A DNA stretch of 64,000 bases, taken from contig JAUSFL010000008.1 in NCBI GenBank assembly GCA_030649735.1, positions 1 to 64,000 on the forward strand, in the 5' to 3' direction. This stretch comes from Candidatus Iainarchaeum sp. (lineage in GTDB: Archaea; Iainarchaeota; Iainarchaeia; Iainarchaeales; UBA10191). Made by a program: the position numbers and the translations under genes. This document shows, one piece after another, positions 10,097-19,390 of this stretch. The notes beneath the pieces were generated by a model. The model ran no database searches. It was not told the DNA's origin and saw only the letters and a list, made by a program, of their open reading frames with translations. Position 1 is the first letter of the stretch; each line of letters opens with the position of its first letter.

Positions 10097-10474
10097 ATGC
10101 GTTACGAGCACAGTGAAGAATGGACTTTGCGGGCAAAGGAAATTGCCAAGATTTTAGGCATGGATTACATTGACTTGGAAAGGATTGCGTGCGTTAAAAG
10201 CCAAGGCTCAAAGTCAAGGCGGACTATTGCAAGAATTCACACTATTGGGAAGGTAATGCAGCTTGGAATGCAGCAAAAGCCATTTTACACAATAGAGTTG
10301 ATTACTGAGCATTTTGACAAGCAGGAAAGGCAATATCAGGACAGGACAATAGTTCACGAGTTAATGCACATTCCAGAAGGATTCAAGGGCGGCTTTCGTC
10401 AGCATAGGCCTTTTGTGACGCAAAAAACAGTTGAAGCAATGTTCCAAAAGCTTAAGGAACAGACAAGAATTTAG
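10097..10474 (+). CDS. putative metallopeptidase
   Basis: HELMHIP (HExxH), TIARIH. Confidence 0.8.
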   Translation: MRYEHSEEWTLRAKEIAKILGMDYIDLERIACVKSQGSKSRRTIARIHTIGKVMQLGMQQKPFYTIELITEHFDKQERQYQDRTIVHELMHIPEGFKGGFRQHRPFVTQKTVEAMFQKLKEQTRI

Positions 10475-10574
10475 AAAAAGGAAAAAGATTATTTCTTTGA
10501 AAAAACCAACCCAATAAAAGCCATTGCAAGCAATCCTGCAAACAAAACATCCTTGTACAAAAACACTAATTCAT

Positions 10575-10889
10575 TCATTGAACCCACTCCTTCAGGTTTT
10601 GTATGATATTTTCGAGCTTTTCAGCTTTGTCTGTCAAATGATATTCTGTCTTCACTGGCGTTCCCAAGACCAAGCTCTTGTTCAAAAGCCCGCCTTTTTC
10701 CAAATCCTTCAAGCGCATTGAAAGAATTCGCGGGTTTAGCGTTGGAACATCACTCAAAAGCTGGTTGAATCTTCGCTTTCCCCTATTTTGCATTAAAGAG
10801 TCTAAAATCAAGAGATTGTATTTTTTTCCAACCAGTTGAAGCGCTCTTTCCAGCGAATTTGCTTTTTCCAGAGTTTTAGCCATTTTCAC
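10575..10889 (-). CDS. HxlR-family winged-helix regulator
   Basis: GKKYNLLIL, RFNQL, LSMRLKDLE, PVKTEYHLT. Confidence 0.9.
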   Translation of the reverse strand: MKMAKTLEKANSLERALQLVGKKYNLLILDSLMQNRGKRRFNQLLSDVPTLNPRILSMRLKDLEKGGLLNKSLVLGTPVKTEYHLTDKAEKLENIIQNLKEWVQ

Positions 10890-10982
10890 ACCAAATAAAG
10901 TATACTTAGTATAGTTAGTAACCTTTTTAAAGCTAATTGTTTAAATAAAGTTAAGTCGTTAGTTTAAAAGAGAGGCAAAAAA

Positions 10983-11246
10983 ATGGATTGGATTGAATTC
11001 GTAAGCAAGCATTCTGGAAGCCCGTTCGCGCCAAAAATGCGCCACCATAATATCCGCGGGATAGAGCTTTCAGCGAGCTTTTCGCGCATAGAGCAGAAGA
11101 TAGAGCAGAAAGTGGGCAGTTCAGCAAGCACCCTGGTTCAATGGCTAAGGGCCACAGAGCAAAAAATATCTTTGGATGATGCCTTAAAGTTTGACAGAAA
11201 ACTGCCTAAACTTTTAGTTGCGCAAAAAAACCAGCACCAGAGCTGA
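10983..11246 (+). CDS. hypothetical protein
   Basis: ORF with GAGG SD, divergent from the HxlR gene. Confidence 0.6.
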   Translation: MDWIEFVSKHSGSPFAPKMRHHNIRGIELSASFSRIEQKIEQKVGSSASTLVQWLRATEQKISLDDALKFDRKLPKLLVAQKNQHQS

Positions 11247-11282
11247 AAAAAGCAAAACCCCCCAATAGCTAAAACTGCTTTT

Positions 11283-11816
11283 TTATAAATCATTCAGGAT
11301 TCTTATAGCGGATAGCACTTTGCTTTTGGTTTTTCTTGAAGCTTTCAACCCATCAAGCTCTTCCAAAAATGCAAGCAATTCTTTCCTTTCAATGTCTGCC
11401 TGGTTCAAAACCAGCAAGTATGCAAAGTAACGTTTTTCAAAAATCGGATTTTTTTCAGGGAATTCTGCCATTAATGCCTTTGAAACCTGAGAGTGAATCA
11501 AGTCAAGCTCTTTTTGGGTCCTGCGCTTTCTGCTTTCGACTCTCCTCTTCAGCTTTTCCTTCAATACCTTAACATGCTTTTCAATTTTTTCCTTCACCAT
11601 TCTCTCGATTTTTCCAGAGACTTTTGGAATCTGCTTTTCAACATTCAATTCAACCAAAAGCCCTGCTTCAGCCTCTGAAAGCCCCAAGTCTTTCATTGTT
11701 TGCATTATTTCCTCAAACCCATAGCCGGCGCTCACCATTTCTTCAAGAATGTCCGCAAATGACGCGAAAGGGTCATTGTCCCGGTTTTTTGAATCCTCTT
11801 TAGTCATGTTACTCAC
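11283..11816 (-). CDS. hypothetical protein
   Basis: ORF, coiled-coil-like. Confidence 0.7.
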   Translation of the reverse strand: MSNMTKEDSKNRDNDPFASFADILEEMVSAGYGFEEIMQTMKDLGLSEAEAGLLVELNVEKQIPKVSGKIERMVKEKIEKHVKVLKEKLKRRVESRKRRTQKELDLIHSQVSKALMAEFPEKNPIFEKRYFAYLLVLNQADIERKELLAFLEELDGLKASRKTKSKVLSAIRILNDL

Positions 11817-12106
11817 TTTAATGCCTTTTTGGGTTTAAAATGATGCGCAAAGACCTCAAATCTTAGCTTTAAGGAAATTAGGATCACTGCCATGAGCAGT
11901 TCAATTGACATTGTTGCAATTATTGGAATGTCGTTGGTGAAAATCCCGTAAGAAACCCATAATGAAACCCCAAGGATATAAATTGAGTTCCAGACAAATG
12001 AAATGTCTTTTGTGGACTTTGTCTGCCATGATTTTATTATTTGCGGCAGCAAGGAAACAGCGACAATCACGCCCGCTGCATATCCTGTCAATTCTATTGC
12101 GGTCAT
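11813..12106 (-). CDS. SemiSWEET / PQ-loop transporter
   Basis: LLPQIIKSWQTKSTKDIS, LWVSYG; three TM helices. Confidence 0.88.
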   Translation of the reverse strand: MTAIELTGYAAGVIVAVSLLPQIIKSWQTKSTKDISFVWNSIYILGVSLWVSYGIFTNDIPIIATMSIELLMAVILISLKLRFEVFAHHFKPKKALK

Positions 12107-12229
12107 TCAATAATCAAGGAAAGCAAACAATAAAAATTGTTTTGCAATGTTGTACCAACAGTATTCTGTTTGGAATATTTCTTTCAAAAAAATATTATTT
12201 TTATACTTTTCCCTGCTCTTTTTGCTAGC

Positions 12230-13408
12230 ATGCAAGCCATTACGCAATTCATTGAAATCCCAGAGCTGAAGCTTTGCAGCGGAAAAAGCCTGAAGGACAT
12301 CAAGGTTGCCTTTGAGTCTTTGGGAAATTTGTCTCCAGAAAAGGACAATGCAGTCCTGGTTTTTCACGCGCTTTCAGGAAGCGCTCACATTTCCGGCGAA
12401 AACAATGAATTTGGCAAGCACTGCAAGTACTGGATTAGCGAAAACCATGTTGGATGGTGGAATGATTTTGTCGGAAACAGCCTTCTTGTTGACAGTGGAA
12501 AAAACTTTGTAGTTTGCATGAACATTCTTGGAGGCTGCTATGGGACTACTGGGCCAGGCAGCATTGACAAAAAGACCGGCAGGCCTTTTGCAAGCAATTT
12601 TCCTGAAATTGAAGTTGAAGACATGGCAAGGCTGCAAAAGCTGGTTTTGGAAAAGCTTGGAATTGAAAGGCTCAAGGCAGTGATTGGCAGTTCTTTGGGC
12701 GGCTATCTTGCATTGGAGTTTGCAATGCTTTTTGGAGATTCAGTCCAAAAAGTTGTTTTGATTGGAAGCGCTGCAAAAACTTCGAACTTGAACACTTTGC
12801 ACAATTTGGAGCAGATTTTTGCAATAGAAAACGACCCAAACTACAACAAAGGCGAGTATTATGAAGGAAAGCACCCTGACAATGGGTTAATGCTTGCGAG
12901 AATGATTGCTGTCAAGACTTACTTGGACATTGACACTATTGCAGAGAGAGCGCGTTCTGAAACAGTCAGTCCGAGCGATTACGTTTACAATTACAATCTT
13001 TCAACTCCAGTCGAGTCTTACATGTTCCACCAGGCGAAAAAGTTCGTGAAGCGCTTTGACGCCAATTCTTATTTGGCAATTACAAAGGCAATCCAAAAAT
13101 TCAATCTTTTCCAAAAGTACGGCAATGGCTCTTTAGAGAATGCGTTTTCCAAACTTTCTAAACAACTGCAGTTTTTGGTTGTTTCAATAGACTCTGACGT
13201 GTGCTTTTTCACTGAAGAGCAGGAAGCGCTGTTCAACGCGCTGCAAGCCAACAATATTGAATGCGAGTTTGAGCTAGTGCATTCAAATAAGGGCCATGAC
13301 TCTTTCCTTTTAGAGCCTGAAAAATACTCTTTCTTGAAGGAATTCCTTGAAAGGGAATGCAAGGCGATTGAAGAAATTAAAGCAAAAGCCCAAGTCCAGC
13401 TTGAATGA
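12230..13408 (+). CDS. metX: homoserine O-acetyltransferase family (MetX)
   Basis: HALSGSAH, GWW, GGCYGTTGP, GSSLGG, RFDANSY, GHDSFL; leaderless ATG at 12230 after a TATA box. Confidence 0.9.
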   Translation: MQAITQFIEIPELKLCSGKSLKDIKVAFESLGNLSPEKDNAVLVFHALSGSAHISGENNEFGKHCKYWISENHVGWWNDFVGNSLLVDSGKNFVVCMNILGGCYGTTGPGSIDKKTGRPFASNFPEIEVEDMARLQKLVLEKLGIERLKAVIGSSLGGYLALEFAMLFGDSVQKVVLIGSAAKTSNLNTLHNLEQIFAIENDPNYNKGEYYEGKHPDNGLMLARMIAVKTYLDIDTIAERARSETVSPSDYVYNYNLSTPVESYMFHQAKKFVKRFDANSYLAITKAIQKFNLFQKYGNGSLENAFSKLSKQLQFLVVSIDSDVCFFTEEQEALFNALQANNIECEFELVHSNKGHDSFLLEPEKYSFLKEFLERECKAIEEIKAKAQVQLE

Positions 13409-13409
13409 A

Positions 13410-13781
13410 TCACTTCATTTTGAGCTCAAACCATTCGACTTTCTTTTCCTCAACCAATTGCCTGATGCGCTTTTGCTTTTCTGAAAGCTGGCTTTTGCTT
13501 GCCTTGAACTCGCAAAAAACAATTTTATCATCTTCAAAAGCCACTCCATCGATTGGGTTTCCCAAAAACCTGAATGAGTCTGGATTGTAAGGAAACTGTT
13601 CAGACAATGGAATCCAGTTTTCTGACATTTTTCCGTATTTGACGCTTTGGGAGCTTTTCTCGAACTGCAGCCTTGAAAGCTCTTCCTTTAATTCGCCTGC
13701 CTCTTTCCAGAAAAGCCATGCAATGACCCCTAAGGTCAGAATCAGCGCAGCCAAAAGAATTTCAATCATTTCAAAAACCAC
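13410..13781 (-). CDS. Holliday-junction-resolvase-like endonuclease with N-terminal TM
   Basis: FRFLGNPIDGVAF...FCEFK PD-(D/E)xK motif. Confidence 0.85.
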   Translation of the reverse strand: MVFEMIEILLAALILTLGVIAWLFWKEAGELKEELSRLQFEKSSQSVKYGKMSENWIPLSEQFPYNPDSFRFLGNPIDGVAFEDDKIVFCEFKASKSQLSEKQKRIRQLVEEKKVEWFELKMK

Positions 13782-13819
13782 GCATTACAAATAAATAAAC
13801 CAAGCGCTTTAATGATTGA

Positions 13820-14020
13820 ATGAATTGCGCAATTTGCGGAAAGCCGGCAACAAAGATTAACGCCCAAGGCGCGCCTGCTTGCTCAACGCATGCCCGGCAA
13901 AGCGTGAAAGCCCCGGAATGCCCTAACTGCAAAGTTGAAATGACAATCAGGAAGGGAAAGTTCGGTAGCTTTTGGGGCTGCAAGGCATTCCCGATGTGCG
14001 ATGGAATCAGGAAAATCTAA
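13820..14020 (+). CDS. small zinc-finger protein (topoisomerase C4-type)
   Basis: CPNC...GKFGSFWGCKAFPMC. Confidence 0.85.
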   Translation: MNCAICGKPATKINAQGAPACSTHARQSVKAPECPNCKVEMTIRKGKFGSFWGCKAFPMCDGIRKI

Positions 14021-14673
14021 TGCTCTTTTTCATTCTGGCGCTCTTCTTCCATCATTTGGGTTTCCAATTCAATGATCATTTCGGTTATTGCCTCTTTTTC
14101 TTTTTCAGGATAGAATCTTTCAATGCGCTTTTTATTCTTGACAAGCCCAAAATTAACAATGCTTGACTCGTCAATTCTTCCATTTTTGTTAAGCCTGAAT
14201 TCAACCCAGCACGGCCGGTTTATGCTTTTCAAGAACATGTTTGTGATATAACTTCCGCTTTTGGTGATTTCCCACTTTTTTGGAATCGCGTGCACGCGCC
14301 TTGCAGTAATTGGCCTTTTAAATTCTAAAAGAGTCCTGTCTTTTCGCATTCTCAATGATGCTGGAGTGAATTGCTTGAAAATCCTTGAATGGCTTCCCGG
14401 AACTCTCTCTGCAGCGCGCAGCATTGCGTCAATGGTTATTGGCAATTCCTTGTTTTTGTCTTTGCTCCAGCGCCTGTTTTTCAGCCAGGCTTCAACAATC
14501 AGGCGTTTAGTGCGAAAGCTTGGATTGTAGCCTTTTTTTTGCGCTTTTCCGATCGCTAAAACAATCCGGTCTGAAACTAGGCCTCGGTTCACTGCCTCGC
14601 GGTAGTTTGAATGAATGTTTTTTGCCTGCTGCCTTAAAGCGGCAATTCTTGGGTTTCTTTTAGGAATTGGCAT
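14017..14673 (-). CDS. basic hypothetical protein
   Basis: 218-aa ORF starting MPIPKRNPR. Confidence 0.7.
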   Translation of the reverse strand: MPIPKRNPRIAALRQQAKNIHSNYREAVNRGLVSDRIVLAIGKAQKKGYNPSFRTKRLIVEAWLKNRRWSKDKNKELPITIDAMLRAAERVPGSHSRIFKQFTPASLRMRKDRTLLEFKRPITARRVHAIPKKWEITKSGSYITNMFLKSINRPCWVEFRLNKNGRIDESSIVNFGLVKNKKRIERFYPEKEKEAITEMIIELETQMMEEERQNEKEH

Positions 14674-14771
14674 TTTTTCAACTTCACTTTGAAAGAATAA
14701 TGGCTTTGCAAAATATAAAACTTCTTCGAGCGTTGCAAAGCTTTTTTATTTCCAAAAAACCTGTATTTTTA

Positions 14772-15281
14772 ATGCCTGCCAAGCCAATTGTGAAAAAGCC
14801 AAAGCCAGTAATAGTTCATTTGGGGAATGTTGGAGACAGCTTTGCTGCAAAAACTCGCGCTTACTCCAAAAGATTTCCAAACGCGCGCTTTGTTGGAATT
14901 GACATTAAATCCCAAATTTCTACAGTCAAGAATTGGAGGCAAATAAAAGCAGGGTTTGCTGAAGGCTTGAAAAAACTGCGGAACAATTCTGTTTCTGTAA
15001 TTAGCTCTGACATGGCCTTGGGGTATTATCCTGAAAGGAACAAAATCCAATATTCTGAAGAAACAATCCATTTGGCTTTTAGGAAGCTAAAGAAAGGCGG
15101 AAAATTATATGCTGCCGTGCATCCTGAAAGCTCAGGCATTCTTTCAGCAATTGCGCGGCTTGCCGGCTTTTCCCAAGTGAGAACAAGGCCTTTCACCAAA
15201 ATAGAGTATGAGCGGACTAGTTGGACAAGCGCGTTCAGGGAAAAAGGCCACTCTTTAGTTCAAATGGAAATTATAAAATAA
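14772..15281 (+). CDS. class I SAM-methyltransferase-like protein with basic N-terminus
   Basis: VHLG...FVGIDI...RKLKKGGKL pattern; start MPAKPIVKKPKP. Confidence 0.6.
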   Translation: MPAKPIVKKPKPVIVHLGNVGDSFAAKTRAYSKRFPNARFVGIDIKSQISTVKNWRQIKAGFAEGLKKLRNNSVSVISSDMALGYYPERNKIQYSEETIHLAFRKLKKGGKLYAAVHPESSGILSAIARLAGFSQVRTRPFTKIEYERTSWTSAFREKGHSLVQMEIIK

Positions 15282-15311
15282 AAAACTTCGAAAAGGCATG
15301 CTTGTTTTTGT

Positions 15312-15704
15312 CTATTGTTTTTTGAAATCTAAAGCCAGCGAATTAATGCAGTATCTTTTTCCATTGGGTTTTGGTCCATCCTCAAAAACATGCCCCAAAT
15401 GAGACCCGCATTTGGCGCACAATGCCTCAATCCTTGTCATTCCGTGAGAAAAGTCAGTATTTAATTCAATGCTTTCTTGCATTACAATGTCTGAAAAGCT
15501 CAGCCAACCGCTTCCAGAGTCAAACTTGCTTTCGGACTTGAACAAAGGGTTGCCGCAAGCCCTGCAGTAGTAAATTCCCTTTTCCTTGTTGTGCAATAGT
15601 TTTCCTGAAAACGCAGGCTCTGTGTGCTTTTCCCGCAATACCGTGAACTCTTCTTGGGAAAGAGCTTTCTTCCAATCTTTAGCAGGCTTTACAATCTTTT
15701 TCAT
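15312..15704 (-). CDS. msrB: methionine-R-sulfoxide reductase
   Basis: TEPAFSG, KFDSGSGW, HLGHVF, RYCINS. Confidence 0.96.
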   Translation of the reverse strand: MKKIVKPAKDWKKALSQEEFTVLREKHTEPAFSGKLLHNKEKGIYYCRACGNPLFKSESKFDSGSGWLSFSDIVMQESIELNTDFSHGMTRIEALCAKCGSHLGHVFEDGPKPNGKRYCINSLALDFKKQ

Positions 15705-15788
15705 AATAAAATCCATGCCTTGAAGTAAAATAATCTTTTGGGGCAAAACTCAATGATTGCCTTGCCAAAGGGCAGCGGAAGAAAAAGC

Positions 15789-16055
15789 CTATCTGCTTTT
15801 GCCGGCTTTTTTCTGCTGCTTTGAGTCAAAAATCCAAACCACAAAATCTTCATTGTCCTTGGCAATCTTTTTTGAATCGACCAAGTAGTCAAAAATCACG
15901 CAAAAAGTCTGGTACATCATTTTCTTGGGCAATGATTCCCACAATGCCTTCTTCTTGAAAAGCCCGCTGTTTGCCAGCACAAAATCCTCAACCATTAAAA
16001 TCGTGTCAAGCCTAGGGTAATGCAAGACATTCACTGAAGCCAAAGACTCTGCCAA
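15789..16055 (-). CDS. small hypothetical protein, probably winged-helix
   Basis: HYPRLDTILMVE...LPKKMMYQTF; TTG start at 16055 after a GGTG SD. Confidence 0.65.
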   Translation of the reverse strand: MAESLASVNVLHYPRLDTILMVEDFVLANSGLFKKKALWESLPKKMMYQTFCVIFDYLVDSKKIAKDNEDFVVWIFDSKQQKKAGKSR

Positions 16056-16067
16056 AAAAAAACACCA

Positions 16068-16085
16068 GTATATACTAGTATATAC
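16068..16085. promoter_or_regulatory. perfect 18-bp palindrome, candidate operator
   Basis: gtatatactagtatatac between divergent genes. Confidence 0.5.
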
Positions 16086-16154
16086 CTTGCTTTTATTTCT
16101 TTCTTCAATTGCCAAACCGACTGTTTTTTATTTGCAAAAGCAGTAATTTGAAAA

Positions 16155-16667
16155 ATGCCAAAACCAAACTTGATTGCCAGGGGCCTTGCAAGAAGAAAAT
16201 ACGGCCTTTTTGGAAGACTAGTCAAGGCAAGGCCAAAACCAGAACTGCCGCTTTCTCAAGGCGCGATTGAAAAAAAATTAAAGGCTGAAATTAAGGGCCT
16301 TGAAAAATTATCAAAGCATTCTGAATTCGGCAAAAGCCTGCGTGAAAAAAACTCCCTGCTGTTTGCAGTAAAAAACAAGGCGAAAGCAGTTGAAAAAAGG
16401 CTTCAGGCTGCAAGGACCGAAGTCTTGAAAATAATTGCGCAGCAAAAGCGCTTGCTGAAAATCAAGGGGCATTCTCAAATTGGAATAAAGTTCAGGATCA
16501 GGCTAACGCGGATTTCCACAGTAAGGCTTGACCAATTAAGGCATGAAATCCAGCAATTAAAGGATGAATTGGCCGCCAATAAAGAGCAGGAAAAAAGCCT
16601 GATTAGCTCGCTTCGCGAGGATTTTGCGGAAAGAAAAAAACTCAGCGTATTTTTAAGGCAAGTTTAA
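16155..16667 (+). CDS. basic coiled-coil hypothetical protein
   Basis: 170-aa ORF starting MPKPNLIARGLARRK. Confidence 0.7.
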   Translation: MPKPNLIARGLARRKYGLFGRLVKARPKPELPLSQGAIEKKLKAEIKGLEKLSKHSEFGKSLREKNSLLFAVKNKAKAVEKRLQAARTEVLKIIAQQKRLLKIKGHSQIGIKFRIRLTRISTVRLDQLRHEIQQLKDELAANKEQEKSLISSLREDFAERKKLSVFLRQV

Positions 16668-16693
16668 AATCCACTGAGTGCGTTATTCTTTTC

Positions 16694-17899
16694 ATGGGCA
16701 AGCCGTCAAGAAGACAGTCAAGAATTCAGAGAAACCAGGCAAAACAGGCAAAGCCAGGCATTGTTCGGCCAGGATTTTTCGCAAGGAACAAAAAAAAGGC
16801 GATTGTTTTTGGAACTGCCACTGCATTGGCTTTGGGGGGATTTGCGGGAGTCAAGGGAGTCAATGCATTAAGGTTTGCAAAATGGAAGCAAAACCAAAGC
16901 CTTACTGTAATGCTTGGAAGCCACCAGCATTCGACAGACGTCATTCCGTTGGCAAATGCCCTCGAAAAAGCAAGGCAGTCGGGAAGGCCTTTTGATTTTC
17001 TGGTTTTGGAAAACTCTGCAATAAGAGCTGGAGAAAGGAAAGAGAAGGAAAGAGTCTACAACAAGCACTGTGCCCAGGTAAGGCAAATGTTTGCTAGAGA
17101 ACTTGAGCAAGGCAACATTGCTCCAATCACAGAGTTCTTGAGGCAGAAAGGCGCTTTCAAGGGCAGTCCAGAACAAGTAAGCCATGGAAATGCATTGATA
17201 GCCTATGCAGCAAAGTATGGCTTGAGAATAAAGCTTGGGGAAGAATACTCGAGGCGCGAGTTTGAGAGAGCAGAAGCCCTCAGTGGCAAGCAAATGCAAT
17301 TGCTTGGAGAGAGCAAGGAAAACCTTCCAACAAGCGCTGTTTTGGAAAAGGCAAGGCAGGTCATAATTGCAGAGAAAAATTACCTGCGCTTGAGAAACCA
17401 GGCTTTGGCAAACATTACCTCTCGCGCTGCCGCAGAATTAAGGAAAGAAAATCCCGTGTTGAGAAGCCGTGAATTGAAAGGCGCAGTGCAGGCGGGCCTT
17501 GGGCATTTTGGCGTTGTTGAAGAAATCAAAAGAAAAGGCATTAAAGGAATGAAAGTTGACGTAATTGTCGACTTGTCCAAAGAGCGCTTTAAAAGAATTC
17601 CAGCAGGAACAAAGGGAGTTTTTTCAATTCCAGCAACAGACTTGCTTGCAGAATCAAGGGCCAAAGGCCAGAATGCAACTCCAGAACAAGTTGCATTGAC
17701 TTTTTTGATAGAGCCAATTTACAGGGGAGCAGTCAATGCTGGAGACTCAAAGCAGGCTGTCTGGATAGCACAGCAGGCTTTCAGGCAAACTCCGCAAAAT
17801 GCTTCAATGATTCTGTCACAGGTGCAAGGCCTTACGGGTCAGCCAAGGGTAATCAAAATTATGGAATTAATGACTGGGCAGAAAACAGTAATCCAGTAA
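16694..17899 (+). CDS. hypothetical protein: basic N-terminus, TM helix, globular domain
   Basis: 401-aa ORF. Confidence 0.8.
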   Translation: MGKPSRRQSRIQRNQAKQAKPGIVRPGFFARNKKKAIVFGTATALALGGFAGVKGVNALRFAKWKQNQSLTVMLGSHQHSTDVIPLANALEKARQSGRPFDFLVLENSAIRAGERKEKERVYNKHCAQVRQMFARELEQGNIAPITEFLRQKGAFKGSPEQVSHGNALIAYAAKYGLRIKLGEEYSRREFERAEALSGKQMQLLGESKENLPTSAVLEKARQVIIAEKNYLRLRNQALANITSRAAAELRKENPVLRSRELKGAVQAGLGHFGVVEEIKRKGIKGMKVDVIVDLSKERFKRIPAGTKGVFSIPATDLLAESRAKGQNATPEQVALTFLIEPIYRGAVNAGDSKQAVWIAQQAFRQTPQNASMILSQVQGLTGQPRVIKIMELMTGQKTVIQ

Positions 17900-17905
17900 G
17901 CAATT

Positions 17906-18415
17906 TCACTTTAGTTCCTTAAGCTTGCTTTCGAAAGGATTTGGCACTAAATCAGTATGGAATTTTTCTGAAACCTTGCCTGTTATTTTGTCAAGTTCAA
18001 ACCAGGCTTCTGTTAAATAGCTTAAGGCTTCAATCTTATACTTTAATGCCTCTTCCTTTATTGTCCAAAACTCTTCCTCTGGAATTTCCTTAATGCCTAA
18101 TTCTTTCTTTATTGAATTCACGAGCTTTTCAGAAACTTCGGCATTGCCAAAACCATTGCCCTTGCTTGTTGTTATTGAAGAATTTTCAGTGCTTTCATCA
18201 AAGCAGACAACCACTGAAGAGATTGATTTCTTTGCAAGCAATGGAATAAATTCGATTTTTTTCCTGAAAGAAACCACAACCCGCTTGTTGCCGCTTAAGA
18301 CCTTGACGCTGTCAAAAAATTCTGGCCTGAAGTCAGCCTCGTACTTTTTAACTGCCTCAACAGCCAGTTGGATTATTTGCTGCCTTTTCAACTTCAGCAA
18401 TTCAGAAACTTTCAT
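17906..18415 (-). CDS. hypothetical protein
   Basis: 169-aa ORF. Confidence 0.7.
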   Translation of the reverse strand: MKVSELLKLKRQQIIQLAVEAVKKYEADFRPEFFDSVKVLSGNKRVVVSFRKKIEFIPLLAKKSISSVVVCFDESTENSSITTSKGNGFGNAEVSEKLVNSIKKELGIKEIPEEEFWTIKEEALKYKIEALSYLTEAWFELDKITGKVSEKFHTDLVPNPFESKLKELK

Positions 18416-18514
18416 AATTCATGAAGAGAATTTTCAAAAATAAAAGGATTACTTCGACATAATTGATTGGGGGTTGTTGGTAAAGTTCTTTAATTCCTAA
18501 AACATTAATTTTGC

Positions 18515-19264
18515 ATGGGTTTAGATGGAATTTTCTCAAAAATAGCCAAATTCAAAAGAAAGGCATTTTTGCCAATAACTGCCCAGGGAGATTCAGGGCC
18601 CTTGGACTCTAAATTTTCGGGAATTCCATTCCTTGAAGAGGGAGAAAAATGGCCTGTTTGCCCAAACTGTAAAAAACCAATGCAGTTGTTCTTGCAGTTA
18701 AACCTGGATGAAGCGAAAAAACAAACAAAACAAGACTGTGGTTCTGGGCTTTTCCAATTGTTCTATTGCACTTCAGACACTGAACCGCGTTGTGACACAG
18801 TCTGCGATGGCAATGTTCCTGAAGGAACATGCGAGCTTGTAAGGGTAATAATTCCTAAAGGAAAACCGCAAAACATTGTAGTGCCTAAATTGGAGCCGAA
18901 CCAAATAAAACCAGTAAAAATCACTGGCTGGATGGAAGTTGAAGAATTTCCTTCAGGCACTGAAATTCAAGAACTTAACCTTGATGAAAAAATAGCAGAA
19001 GATTATGAGCTAATAGAGAAAATTGATGATGAAAATAACACAATCCAGCAAAAAGACAAGCTCGGCGGCTGGCCATTCTGGATACAATCCCCGTGGCTTT
19101 TAGAATGCAAAAAGTGCGGAAAGCCAATGCAATTATTCTTTCAATTGTGCTCGCAAGCAATTCCAGAAGCCAGCCTTGATTACTTCTTCTGCGATGGAAT
19201 CGGGTACATTTTCCAATGCCCGCAGCACAAGGAAGAAGTGGTTTTCTTTTATCAGGAAAGCTAA
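18515..19264 (+). CDS. DUF1963 / YwqG-like protein
   Basis: SKFSGIP..WPVCPNC..PMQLFLQLNL and KLGGWPFWIQ internal repeat. Confidence 0.82.
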   Translation: MGLDGIFSKIAKFKRKAFLPITAQGDSGPLDSKFSGIPFLEEGEKWPVCPNCKKPMQLFLQLNLDEAKKQTKQDCGSGLFQLFYCTSDTEPRCDTVCDGNVPEGTCELVRVIIPKGKPQNIVVPKLEPNQIKPVKITGWMEVEEFPSGTEIQELNLDEKIAEDYELIEKIDDENNTIQQKDKLGGWPFWIQSPWLLECKKCGKPMQLFFQLCSQAIPEASLDYFFCDGIGYIFQCPQHKEEVVFFYQES

Positions 19265-19309
19265 AAGCTCAAAACCCTTAAAAAATTGAAGCGCACAACA
19301 CAGAACTTG

Positions 19310-19371
19310 TACATAATCAAAATCCAACATTAAACAACTGGTTTACTAAAAAGATGGGAAGGAACAACTTC
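19310..19371 (+). repeat. dispersed intergenic repeat, copy 1
   Basis: First 40 nt are 36/40 identical to 25810-25849. Confidence 0.85.
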
Positions 19372-19390
19372 AAAATAGTGAAAATTGGTA

